This document shows, one piece after another, positions 1-5,199 of a DNA stretch of 5,859 bases (position 1 is its first letter; every line of letters starts with the position of its first letter). The stretch lies in IMG/VR virus record IMGVR_UViG_2534681998_000007. One strand, given 5' to 3'. The notes under the pieces are model-generated. The model made no database searches. It was not told the origin of the DNA and saw nothing but the letters and a program-made list of their open reading frames with translations. Both the position numbers and the translations under genes were made by a program. This DNA comes from a virus (Duplodnaviria; Heunggongvirae; Uroviricota; Caudoviricetes).

Positions 1-7
1 TACCACA

Positions 8-34
8 AATAAAAAAGCCTTCAGGACTGAAGGC
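8..34 (-). terminator. Rho-independent terminator downstream of the small winged-helix gene
   Basis: Plus 17-34 gccttcaggactgaaggc is an inverted repeat (7-bp stem GCCTTCA/TGAAGGC, 4-nt loop). On the minus-strand RNA it is followed by a U-run (plus A-run 11-16). The hairpin overlaps the TGA stop at 21-23. Confidence 0.6.
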
Positions 35-218
35 GTCTGTAACAACCAAACTGATAGTCTGCCAGACCCGCCATAACCAGCTGGGTCAGTATTAACTGGC
101 AGCGTTCGCGTGAAAGGTAAGTATTCTGCGCAATCTCCCCGACTGTCGCCGGGTCGGTAACGCTTAATTCATTAAACACCACTCTGGCGGTTTCTGTCAT
201 ATCCTGCTGTTTTAGCAT
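21..218 (-). CDS. Small (65 aa) putative winged-helix DNA-binding protein, PapI/FaeA-like
   Basis: C-terminal 65 codons of ORF 21..341. The ATG at 218 (MLKQQDMTETARVV...) has a GGGA-rich stretch about 9 nt upstream; the longer N-terminal extension is hydrophobic and has no SD. The pattern GEIAQNTYLSRERCQLILTQLVMAGL resembles the recognition-helix/wing region of small PapI/FaeA-type regulators, assigned from memory. Flanked by terminators on both sides. Confidence 0.45.
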   Translation of the reverse strand: MLKQQDMTETARVVFNELSVTDPATVGEIAQNTYLSRERCQLILTQLVMAGLADYQFGCYRRLQS

Positions 219-341
219 GTCTTTTTCCCTTTTCCGGTTAACGTGACATACCAATAACTCTTGTCGAAAAAGCCAGCAAGTTGAAAGAACGGTATTAATA
301 ACCACCAGCGAATTTATTGCGCTGCTGTATATTACGGACAC

Positions 342-362
342 AAAAAAACCACCTTCCGGTGG
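342..362 (-). terminator. Rho-independent terminator between the ORF6N gene and the small wHTH gene
   Basis: Plus 349-362 ccaccttccggtgg (stem CCACC/GGTGG, loop TTCC) is preceded on plus by aaaaaaa (342-348), so the minus-strand RNA has a hairpin followed by UUUUUUU. About 100 nt downstream of the ORF6N stop. Confidence 0.6.
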
Positions 363-461
363 CTTCCTTGTGCGAAAAAAACTTGCGTTTCGCCTCGCGA
401 TACAGCTTTGCGAAGCATACAGGAATTGAAGCAGTTTATGTGCAAAAATGCAAGAACTTTT

Positions 462-1043
462 TTAAAGCTGCATCAACCTTTCCACCAGTTTATCTCTGCG
501 AACAACAAACCAACCATTGGCTCTCGCCAGTTCCAGCCATGACTCAAGGGAAATAACAATATCATCATCCCGTAACTGAATTGTGGAAACAGTGACACCG
601 CCTCTCTGATAACAGAGAACTCGCGTGTCGTAACTTTTCTGGCATGAAACTGGCGCTGACGGATCCTTTTGTCTGAAATAGCAGTCTTCCAGCTTTTCGA
701 ACACATCCCACGCCTGATCGGTTTCCAGCATTTTGGCATGACGGGCTGCTCCGCGTTCTGTCCAGAGGATGAGGGAGCGGGCTTTCGGGGAAATTTGTAA
801 CCCTCTTAAAGATGGTTGCAAATTTTGTGAGTAGTTTAAAGCTACCCGCAAATTTTTCAGGGCATCGCCAGCCACTTTGAAAAAATGCTTTCCTTCAATA
901 AAGCGCTCAGCATTTCTGGCGTAGTTATTTTGAATGTTCTTAACTCCAGCACCGTACAACTGCGCCAAAAGTTCGGTGGTAATAACAGGAATCTGGTTAT
1001 GGGTGATCGGGGAGAGAGTTTCAACAGAAATTTGAGTTGTCAT
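462..1043 (-). CDS. ORF6N/KilA-N-type domain protein (Roi/antirepressor-like), 193 aa
   Basis: Complete ORF from ATG to TAA, with GAGGG SD about 8 nt upstream of the ATG at 1043. The N-terminal region ELLAQLYGAGVKNIQNNYARNAERFIEGKHFF...LWTERGAARHAKML matches the ORF6N-domain pattern as I recall it (LA.LYG...K.LN..V.RN..RF...F; FTE.G.AML). Confidence 0.7.
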   Translation of the reverse strand: MTTQISVETLSPITHNQIPVITTELLAQLYGAGVKNIQNNYARNAERFIEGKHFFKVAGDALKNLRVALNYSQNLQPSLRGLQISPKARSLILWTERGAARHAKMLETDQAWDVFEKLEDCYFRQKDPSAPVSCQKSYDTRVLCYQRGGVTVSTIQLRDDDIVISLESWLELARANGWFVVRRDKLVERLMQL

Positions 1044-1202
1044 AATGACGCCCTCTGGTGGTTTCTAAACCATCACCACCGTCAGGTTCCTAATCATCGG
1101 GTGGTGAGACGTACAGGGTTAGGAACTACCGGGAAACCAACCGGCGAGCTTTTCAGCTCCCCCATACGCCCCACCATAATTCAGATGTGCGCGTGCATAC
1201 GA

Positions 1203-1228
1203 CAATAAAAAACACGCTCGCGGCGTGT
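1203..1228 (-). terminator. Intrinsic terminator about 60-80 nt downstream of the late promoter (tR'-like)
   Basis: Minus-strand RNA reads ACACGC-CGCGA-GCGTGT followed by UUUUUUAUUG (plus stem 1212-1217/1223-1228, A-run 1203-1211). No T-run on the plus strand, so it is unidirectional. Confidence 0.65.
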
Positions 1229-1290
1229 GTCTGTCGCGGTCTCTATCCGGGGTTCCTAATCCCGACGCCAGATTTTGCTGGCGCGTGAGG

Positions 1291-1320
1291 AATATAGCCC
1301 CGGATAACAGATTGAGTCAA
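1291..1320 (-). promoter_or_regulatory. Sigma70 promoter overlapping the Q-like stop codon (pR'-like late promoter)
   Basis: Minus strand: TTGACT (plus 1315-1320), 18-nt spacer, TATATT (plus 1291-1296). The -35 hexamer contains the TGA stop of the upstream Q-like ORF. Predicted start near plus 1283, giving a roughly 80-nt RNA ending at the 1203-1228 terminator. Confidence 0.55.
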
Positions 1321-1871
1321 CAGACAGTTTTTAAATACCCGGAAGAGAATGCATCACGCATCGGCAGATAGAGCATATATTCAGCAAGATTTAGCCATAC
1401 ATCTACCCGACTGCAGCACGTCCGAAAACACCACTCAGGGTGTGCATCATTTAGCAATTCAGCCATTTTGCGCTTACTCATCCCCCGCCCTTCATATCTT
1501 TGCCGGAGGATACAAATCAATCCTGGGTGTTCTGCCAGCACTTCACTAATCACCCGATCAATGCATAACGCCTCTGCATCAGTACAATGCACCAGCCAGC
1601 TTTTTTGCTTGCCGTTGATCATATCCCGCAAAAAAGCCTCAAGTTCAGGTTTGTCCAGACCTGCTTTTTTCATCCTCCGGAGCGCCTCATTAATTGCCGT
1701 TTTTGTTAGCTTTTTAGAGGTCAGCAACTGGTTAAACATATTTCCCGTCTTACCGCCGCCAATATACGACCAGCGCCCCCACATACGTAGTTTTCCCTGA
1801 ATCCAGACACTTTCCAGCGTGGTGAGACGAAGGTGTTCTCCGCTTTTTCCTGTATTCGTTGGGTAAATCAT
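1317..1871 (-). CDS. Putative late-gene antiterminator (Q-like), 184 aa
   Basis: Start ATG at 1871 (MIYPTNTGK...) is preceded by AAGGAGG at 7-nt spacing; the upstream part of ORF 1317..1991 overlaps the DUF1364 gene in another frame and is not credible. ATGA overlap with the DUF1364 stop. The assignment is mainly positional (last gene before the promoter-plus-terminator module); I do not recognise the Q family from the sequence. Confidence 0.55.
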   Translation of the reverse strand: MIYPTNTGKSGEHLRLTTLESVWIQGKLRMWGRWSYIGGGKTGNMFNQLLTSKKLTKTAINEALRRMKKAGLDKPELEAFLRDMINGKQKSWLVHCTDAEALCIDRVISEVLAEHPGLICILRQRYEGRGMSKRKMAELLNDAHPEWCFRTCCSRVDVWLNLAEYMLYLPMRDAFSSGYLKTVC

Positions 1872-2158
1872 AAATATCCCTCCTTTCTCCAGATTTCTTG
1901 TGTGCGAAAAACACCTTCTGCATGCATCAGGCGTAATTCTTCTTTGGTGTAATCGCCGGTTTTTACCCGCCCGTCGATTAAATCGTGGCACGAGCTACAG
2001 GCAATCGCTGCCTGCATATCGTGTGGCTTTATCGCTGTTCCGCACGTTCCCGCCAGTCGGTAATGCGCCAGCACAGACGTTTCGGGATTGTGATTGCAGT
2101 AGCCAGGGATTCTGACCTGGCACATCTGGCCCCGCGCTGCTTTACGTAAATCCACCAT
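1868..2158 (-). CDS. ybcO: DUF1364-family protein (YbcO-like putative nuclease), 96 aa
   Basis: Complete ORF. MVDLRKAARGQMCQVRIPGYCNHNPETSVLAHYRL...ACSSCH closely resembles my recollection of DLP12 YbcO, with four conserved Cys. Start ATG overlaps the upstream TAA (TAATG) and the stop overlaps the Q-like start (ATGA). Symbol is by homology only. Confidence 0.7.
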   Translation of the reverse strand: MVDLRKAARGQMCQVRIPGYCNHNPETSVLAHYRLAGTCGTAIKPHDMQAAIACSSCHDLIDGRVKTGDYTKEELRLMHAEGVFRTQEIWRKEGYL

Positions 2159-2757
2159 TACGCAAACTCCAGCAGCTGCGCGGCCACATTTTCGACTTCC
2201 TCCAAAGAGGAGAATTTACGGAACAGGATCCAGTTCCACAGGACGTTAAGTACGGCTTTATAAACCTGTTGAAATTCAGTTTCGTCCATATTCGCAAAAG
2301 CAATGGACTTCGCCCGACGCCCGCGGCTACCGTCTGGATAAAAATGCTCGGTGTAGAAGCCGGCCTGAATGGTCACCCACTCGCGGAAAGCGTCAAATGA
2401 TTTGAGCAATGCCATATCCTGGGTTCTGCGTGTCGCAACGGTATTCAGATATTGTTCCGCGGCATCACTCAGAGCTGGCGTATGTTCCCTGCCTACTGAT
2501 TCACACAGGTAATCAACGAAGCCAAACACCATTTCTCGTTCGCGAGGTGTGATCGCCCCACCGATCGGAGTCCAGTAATCGAATCCGAGTTGCAGAAGTT
2601 TAAAAAAACGCTTATGGAATGCGTAGTTACGAACGCGCTTAAAATCAGCGTGTATCCACTCGCCTATTTTGATTTGATACAGAAAATCGCAACTCTCCGG
2701 CGTCGCCGGGAGAAGTAAACCAGAAGAAGTTTGTTTGACCAGTTGTATATGCGCCAT
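2158..2757 (-). CDS. DUF1367-like phage protein, 199 aa
   Basis: Complete ORF with GGAGAA SD 5 nt upstream of the ATG at 2757. Immediately precedes and is coupled to the DUF1364 gene, a pairing common in lambdoid nin regions. Family assignment is from memory. Confidence 0.6.
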   Translation of the reverse strand: MAHIQLVKQTSSGLLLPATPESCDFLYQIKIGEWIHADFKRVRNYAFHKRFFKLLQLGFDYWTPIGGAITPREREMVFGFVDYLCESVGREHTPALSDAAEQYLNTVATRRTQDMALLKSFDAFREWVTIQAGFYTEHFYPDGSRGRRAKSIAFANMDETEFQQVYKAVLNVLWNWILFRKFSSLEEVENVAAQLLEFA

Positions 2758-2828
2758 CGTAGTTCTCCGCTGGCGCAGTAGAATGGGTGTTCAGCCCGTT
2801 ATGTAGTATACCAGAATTAATGCCAATA

Positions 2829-3080
2829 CTAACAGGATGCTCTGACTCGCAATTCATCCAGCAGTTTATCATTTCCCATAATGTCACTTACCCTCATCGG
2901 TAAAAAAATTGCCTTTCGACCATTACGATACATCATTGATTTTGGGGTTTCAGGGAAGTAATCCATTTCGACTATAACTGACAGGTCATCACGACGTATG
3001 ACTGCGTATTTGCAACTAAATAGTTTCTTTATTTTTTCCACGATGCCTCCGAGTTTATAAGTACAAACGGTTATATCCAC
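2829..3080 (-). CDS. Hypothetical 83-aa protein in the AT-rich island (doubtful)
   Basis: ORF with a GTG start at 3080 and no recognisable SD; the internal ATG at 2966 also lacks an SD. Lies in a markedly AT-rich segment. The translation is not low-complexity, so it may be real, but support is weak. Confidence 0.25.
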   Translation of the reverse strand: MDITVCTYKLGGIVEKIKKLFSCKYAVIRRDDLSVIVEMDYFPETPKSMMYRNGRKAIFLPMRVSDIMGNDKLLDELRVRASC

Positions 3081-3226
3081 ATAGAGACAAAAATATTAAT
3101 CTGAGAAATATTTATTTCACGCTGTATATTTGATTATTTAATGTGCAGGTACAATGACTTTTATTTTTTGTTGTGTATATAATCAAATATATGGTTATTT
3201 TTCACCCTGCGCATTCAGCACGCAAC

Positions 3227-3249
3227 AAAAAACCCGCCGAAGCGGGTTT
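3227..3249 (-). terminator. Intrinsic terminator of the hok mRNA
   Basis: Minus-strand RNA: AAACCCGC-UUCG-GCGGGUUU followed by UUUGUUG (plus stem 3233-3237/3242-3246, extendable to 3230-3249). UUCG tetraloop. Located about 70-90 nt after the hok stop. Confidence 0.7.
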
Positions 3250-3251
3250 AG

Positions 3252-3267
3252 TGCGGGTGCGTTGAGG
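3252..3267 (-). promoter_or_regulatory. hok mRNA 3' complementary box (fbi-like), partner of 3630-3645
   Basis: Plus 3252-3267 tgcgggtgcgttgagg is the reverse complement of plus 3630-3645 cctcaagcacccgcag except for one inserted g, so the mRNA 3' end can pair with its 5' end across about 380 nt. Confidence 0.5.
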
Positions 3268-3316
3268 ATGCCTGACACATCAGAGGTGGCGGGAGATTAC
3301 TCCCCCGCCTGGTCTC

Positions 3317-3472
3317 TTACTTCTCAGATTCGTAGTCTACGAAGACAGCGACCTCCGTCTGACCGGTTCGGATTCGCACCTCGCAGAGGTCTTTCCTCGT
3401 TACCAGTGCCGTCACTATGACGGTTAAACAGATGACGATCAGGGCGATTAACATCGCCTTTTGCTGCTTCAT
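3317..3472 (-). CDS. hok: Hok/Gef-family type I toxin (51 aa), HokD/HokC-like
   Basis: MKQQKAMLIALIVICLTVIVTALVTRKDLCEVRIRTGQTEVAVFVDYESEK: single transmembrane helix plus the conserved LVTRKxLCEVRIRTG...EVAVF periplasmic motif of Hok/Gef proteins. ATG at 3472 with GGAG 8 nt upstream. Symbol given at family level only. Confidence 0.85.
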   Translation of the reverse strand: MKQQKAMLIALIVICLTVIVTALVTRKDLCEVRIRTGQTEVAVFVDYESEK

Positions 3473-3529
3473 AGCCTGCTTCTCCTTGCCTTTCGGCACG
3501 TAAGAGGCTAACCTACATGTGTTCAGCAT
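3317..3529 (-). CDS. mok: mok-like leader ORF (70 aa), in-frame N-terminal extension ending at the hok stop
   Basis: ATG at 3529 with GAGG about 9 nt upstream; shares stop and frame with hok, as in chromosomal mokC/hokC as I recall their annotation. Whether it is translated is inferred from locus architecture. Confidence 0.55.
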   Translation of the reverse strand: MLNTCRLASYVPKGKEKQAMKQQKAMLIALIVICLTVIVTALVTRKDLCEVRIRTGQTEVAVFVDYESEK

Positions 3530-3590
3530 GGATTGAGCCTCAGATTAATGTTAAGCGTCTTGCAGGACGCGTAATGTTAACTGGGGCTTT
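3521..3590 (+). ncRNA. sok: Predicted Sok-like antisense RNA (approximate coordinates)
   Basis: By analogy with hok/sok, the antisense RNA is encoded opposite the mok translation-initiation region. Only a weak plus-strand promoter is visible (TTGCCT 3486-3491, 17-nt spacer, TAACCT 3509-3514) and I could not find a clean terminator, so the ends are uncertain. Confidence 0.3.
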
Positions 3591-3629
3591 TCTCTATCTG
3601 CCGTTGGTGTTCATGCCCGAGGCAGATAG

Positions 3630-3645
3630 CCTCAAGCACCCGCAG
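3630..3645 (-). promoter_or_regulatory. hok mRNA 5' complementary box (tac/ucb-like), partner of 3252-3267
   Basis: Sits immediately downstream of the predicted hok promoter. The mRNA 5' sequence ...GGGUGCUUGAGGCUAUCUGCCUC... resembles the 5' end of plasmid R1 hok mRNA as I recall it. Followed by a 9-bp stem (3594-3602/3621-3629). Confidence 0.5.
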
Positions 3646-3647
3646 CA

Positions 3648-3675
3648 ATTCTACTTAACTATCCTTTTCCCGCAA
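3648..3675 (-). promoter_or_regulatory. Predicted hok mRNA promoter
   Basis: Minus strand: TTGCGG (plus 3670-3675), 16-nt spacer, TAGAAT (plus 3648-3653). Predicted start near plus 3640, giving a roughly 415-nt transcript to the 3227-3249 terminator, close to the known size of hok mRNAs. Confidence 0.45.
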
Positions 3676-3682
3676 ACCGTTT

Positions 3683-3766
3683 TTATCCCCAGCGGCAAAT
3701 CGAATACACCACCAGCGCCACCGCCATCGCAATTCCTACCGTTGTGAATGCTTCAGGCCAGGTCAT
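3683..3766 (-). CDS. Small 27-aa hydrophobic ORF (MTWPEAFTTVGIAMAVALVVYSICRWG), absent from the ORF track
   Basis: Translated by hand. The ATG (plus 3764-3766) overlaps the TGA stop of the DUF551-like gene (ATGA) and is preceded by AGGAGGTG at 5-nt spacing. Predicted single transmembrane helix; TAA stop at 3683-3685. Confidence 0.35.
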   Translation of the reverse strand: MTWPEAFTTVGIAMAVALVVYSICRWG

Positions 3767-4320
3767 TGATTCACCTCCTGCGGCGGTTCTGGTAGCGACA
3801 TCCAGTGGGTTGCTTGCCTAAGATCATTACCCGGACTAACTGCTATACCTCCGCGCCGGAACGTGCCTCCGAGATAGCGTGCGGAATATATTAATGGCCC
3901 AGCCTCGCTATCGATATTCATCGAAATAAGCACGTTCTGGCTCTTTTCAGGCATTCGCTCAGTACAGCTTATCCAGCCATCCAGAGTTATCGGAGATCTG
4001 GTTGACGTTTCCGAGATTTCCCGAAAATTGTTGGTTGACGAATTCTTATTTTCCCGAAAGTTTCCGGCCTGAAGCATGGCGACGCGGCAGGCGTTCCAGC
4101 CATCAGCATATGTTTTAGTTACACCGTCGAGATGGCAGGTAAGCAAATCCATTTCATCAGGCACTACCATTGCTATCGGCTCTGCTTCCAGTGATGCCAG
4201 CGCGATACGAAACACATTAGCCAGCAGGCTGTCTGAAGACTTGTTATCGTGCGCCGAGTCGCTCAGGAAGCCTGTGATGTATGATTTAATCTCCGCGCGT
4301 TCTCTGGTAATAGTGCTCAT
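3763..4320 (-). CDS. DUF551-like phage protein, 185 aa
   Basis: Complete ORF with AAGGAAA SD about 8 nt upstream of the ATG at 4320. The C-terminal region GWISCTERMPE...VLIS...GGIAVS...THWMSLPEPP matches the DUF551 pattern as I recall it. Confidence 0.65.
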   Translation of the reverse strand: MSTITRERAEIKSYITGFLSDSAHDNKSSDSLLANVFRIALASLEAEPIAMVVPDEMDLLTCHLDGVTKTYADGWNACRVAMLQAGNFRENKNSSTNNFREISETSTRSPITLDGWISCTERMPEKSQNVLISMNIDSEAGPLIYSARYLGGTFRRGGIAVSPGNDLRQATHWMSLPEPPQEVNQ

Positions 4321-4321
4321 A

Positions 4322-4540
4322 TCAGTTTTCCTTATACGGATTAATTTTATTGTGCAGTGCGCTGAATGATTCCCATGTCACATCGGTATATAGCTCAATA
4401 ACTGGTTCAAATGTCCTTCCAATTATCCAGACCAGTAATAGCGGGGATATCGGTATCATCAACACTATAAACAGAATGAAAAACAGAAACTCTGTTGTTC
4501 TGCTCTTTCGTGGGTAATTTTTTTCTAAATAATGTTTCAT
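4322..4540 (-). CDS. Small membrane protein, 72 aa, unknown function
   Basis: Complete ORF with a hydrophobic stretch FLFFILFIVLMIPISPLLLVWIIG (one predicted TM helix). Stop is 1 nt before the DUF551 start (TGAtATG). AGGAGG lies 24 nt upstream of the ATG, separated from it by a GNRA-loop hairpin. Confidence 0.5.
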   Translation of the reverse strand: MKHYLEKNYPRKSRTTEFLFFILFIVLMIPISPLLLVWIIGRTFEPVIELYTDVTWESFSALHNKINPYKEN

Positions 4541-4667
4541 TTCTTACCGCCCTTTCGGGCGGCCTCCTGATGTTCTGAGGGTGCAGGAATCCCTCCGGTT
4601 AAGGATTTAATAAAAATCGTTTCTGATTTAAATCTTCAGTATTTAGTTGTTAGTTGGTTTATCGCCT

Positions 4668-4979
4668 TTATGCTTCAGCCTTATTTCGCAACCAGACACA
4701 AACCGGGCCATCTTCCGTATCATGAATGGAACCAATAAACCAGCCATCGCCCTCTGGTCGTTCCGGTTCCCATGCAGAAATATCAGCATCACACGCATCA
4801 AGGTCAGCACATCCTTCATCTCTGAAGCAGAGGACGTATTGAAGATTATTTTCCTCCATCCAGGCGTTAAACTCTTCCGTTGAAATATATTCCCGACCAT
4901 CACAGAATTTTTCATATTCAGGATGTGTCCAGTAGCCATATCCGTCACGAACTACCGGCATTTCTTTAATTTCACTCAC
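4668..4979 (-). CDS. Highly acidic small protein, 103 aa, unknown function
   Basis: GTG start at 4979 with GGAGG 6 nt upstream (alternative ATG at 4961). Overlaps the upstream gene's stop (GTGAGTGA). By hand count 25 Asp/Glu versus 8 Lys/Arg, with 5 Trp and 5 Cys. Confidence 0.55.
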   Translation of the reverse strand: MSEIKEMPVVRDGYGYWTHPEYEKFCDGREYISTEEFNAWMEENNLQYVLCFRDEGCADLDACDADISAWEPERPEGDGWFIGSIHDTEDGPVCVWLRNKAEA

Positions 4980-5199
4980 TGTTAACCTCCTGCAACGCTA
5001 CACGATACGCCTTCTTTATCCACGCCTTACTGCCATATAATTTCGTCTTCATAATAAACACACCTGCACGACTCGCCGATATCCCCGGACAGGTTAACAG
5101 CACAGCATCCACCACACGGTTATGCTTCCGAAACTCCATTACAGTACTGCTGATAACCACCTGCCCCACCGGGCCGTAATCCTGATACAGGATTTTCAC
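4972..5199 (-). CDS. Small basic protein, 75 aa, unknown function
   Basis: GTG start at 5199 overlapping the upstream TGA (GTGA), preceded by AGGAGGGTG at 5-nt spacing. By hand count 11 Lys/Arg versus 5 Asp/Glu. Confidence 0.5.
   Translation of the reverse strand: MKILYQDYGPVGQVVISSTVMEFRKHNRVVDAVLLTCPGISASRAGVFIMKTKLYGSKAWIKKAYRVALQEVNSE

Noticed and set aside
21-341. Full 106-aa reading of ORF 21..341
   Set aside because: The N-terminal 41 codons are hydrophobic, lack an SD, and run through the 342-362 terminator region; the internal ATG at 218 is the likely start.
361-461. Possible second terminator or sRNA between the ORF6N stop and the 342-362 terminator
   Set aside because: Only imperfect short inverted repeats (GCGAAA/TTTCGC; TGCA-TTTT-TGCA); none forms a convincing GC-rich stem adjacent to a U-run.
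317-556. 79-aa plus-strand ORF
   Set aside because: Antisense to the ORF6N gene end and the terminator region; no SD; every supported gene is on the minus strand.
473-739. 88-aa minus-strand ORF
   Set aside because: Lies entirely within the ORF6N gene in an alternative frame, with no SD.
1093-1176. 27-codon minus-strand ORF (MVGRMGELKSSPVGFPVVPNPVRLTTR) between the late terminator and the ORF6N gene
   Set aside because: No SD upstream of its ATG; the sequence is better explained as a structured leader.
885-1208. 107-aa plus-strand ORF
   Set aside because: Antisense to the ORF6N gene and running through the late-terminator region; no translation signals.
1044-1316. Possible phage tRNA genes downstream of Q (as in Stx phages), suggested by GGTTCCTAATC motifs that look superficially like a T-arm
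   Set aside because: The loop TTCCTAA does not fit the T-loop consensus (TTCRANN), no CCA end is present, and no acceptor or anticodon arms could be built on either strand.
1349-1800. Plus-strand ORFs 1349..1549 and 1468..1800
   Set aside because: Both are antisense to the Q-like gene, with no SD and low-complexity translations.
1872-1991. N-terminal extension of the Q-like ORF (start at 1991)
   Set aside because: Overlaps the DUF1364 gene in another frame; the ATG at 1871 has a strong AAGGAGG SD.
1900-2115. 71-aa plus-strand ORF
   Set aside because: Antisense to the DUF1364 gene.
2645-2887. 80-aa minus-strand ORF
   Set aside because: Overlaps the 5' end of the DUF1367 gene in another frame; the DUF1367 start has a clear SD and this ORF has none.
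3154-3420. 88-aa plus-strand ORF
   Set aside because: Runs through the hok terminator hairpin and is antisense to hok; the translation is Arg/Ser-rich noise.
3517-3747. 76-aa plus-strand ORF
   Set aside because: Antisense to the hok leader and promoter region with no SD; the region is better explained by the hok mRNA leader and Sok.
4076-4369. 97-aa plus-strand ORF
   Set aside because: Antisense to the DUF551-like gene; no SD.
4643-4948. ORFs 4643..4948 (minus) and 4647..4883 (plus)
   Set aside because: Alternative-frame or antisense overlaps of the acidic 103-aa gene, which has a GGAGG SD and coupling to its neighbour.
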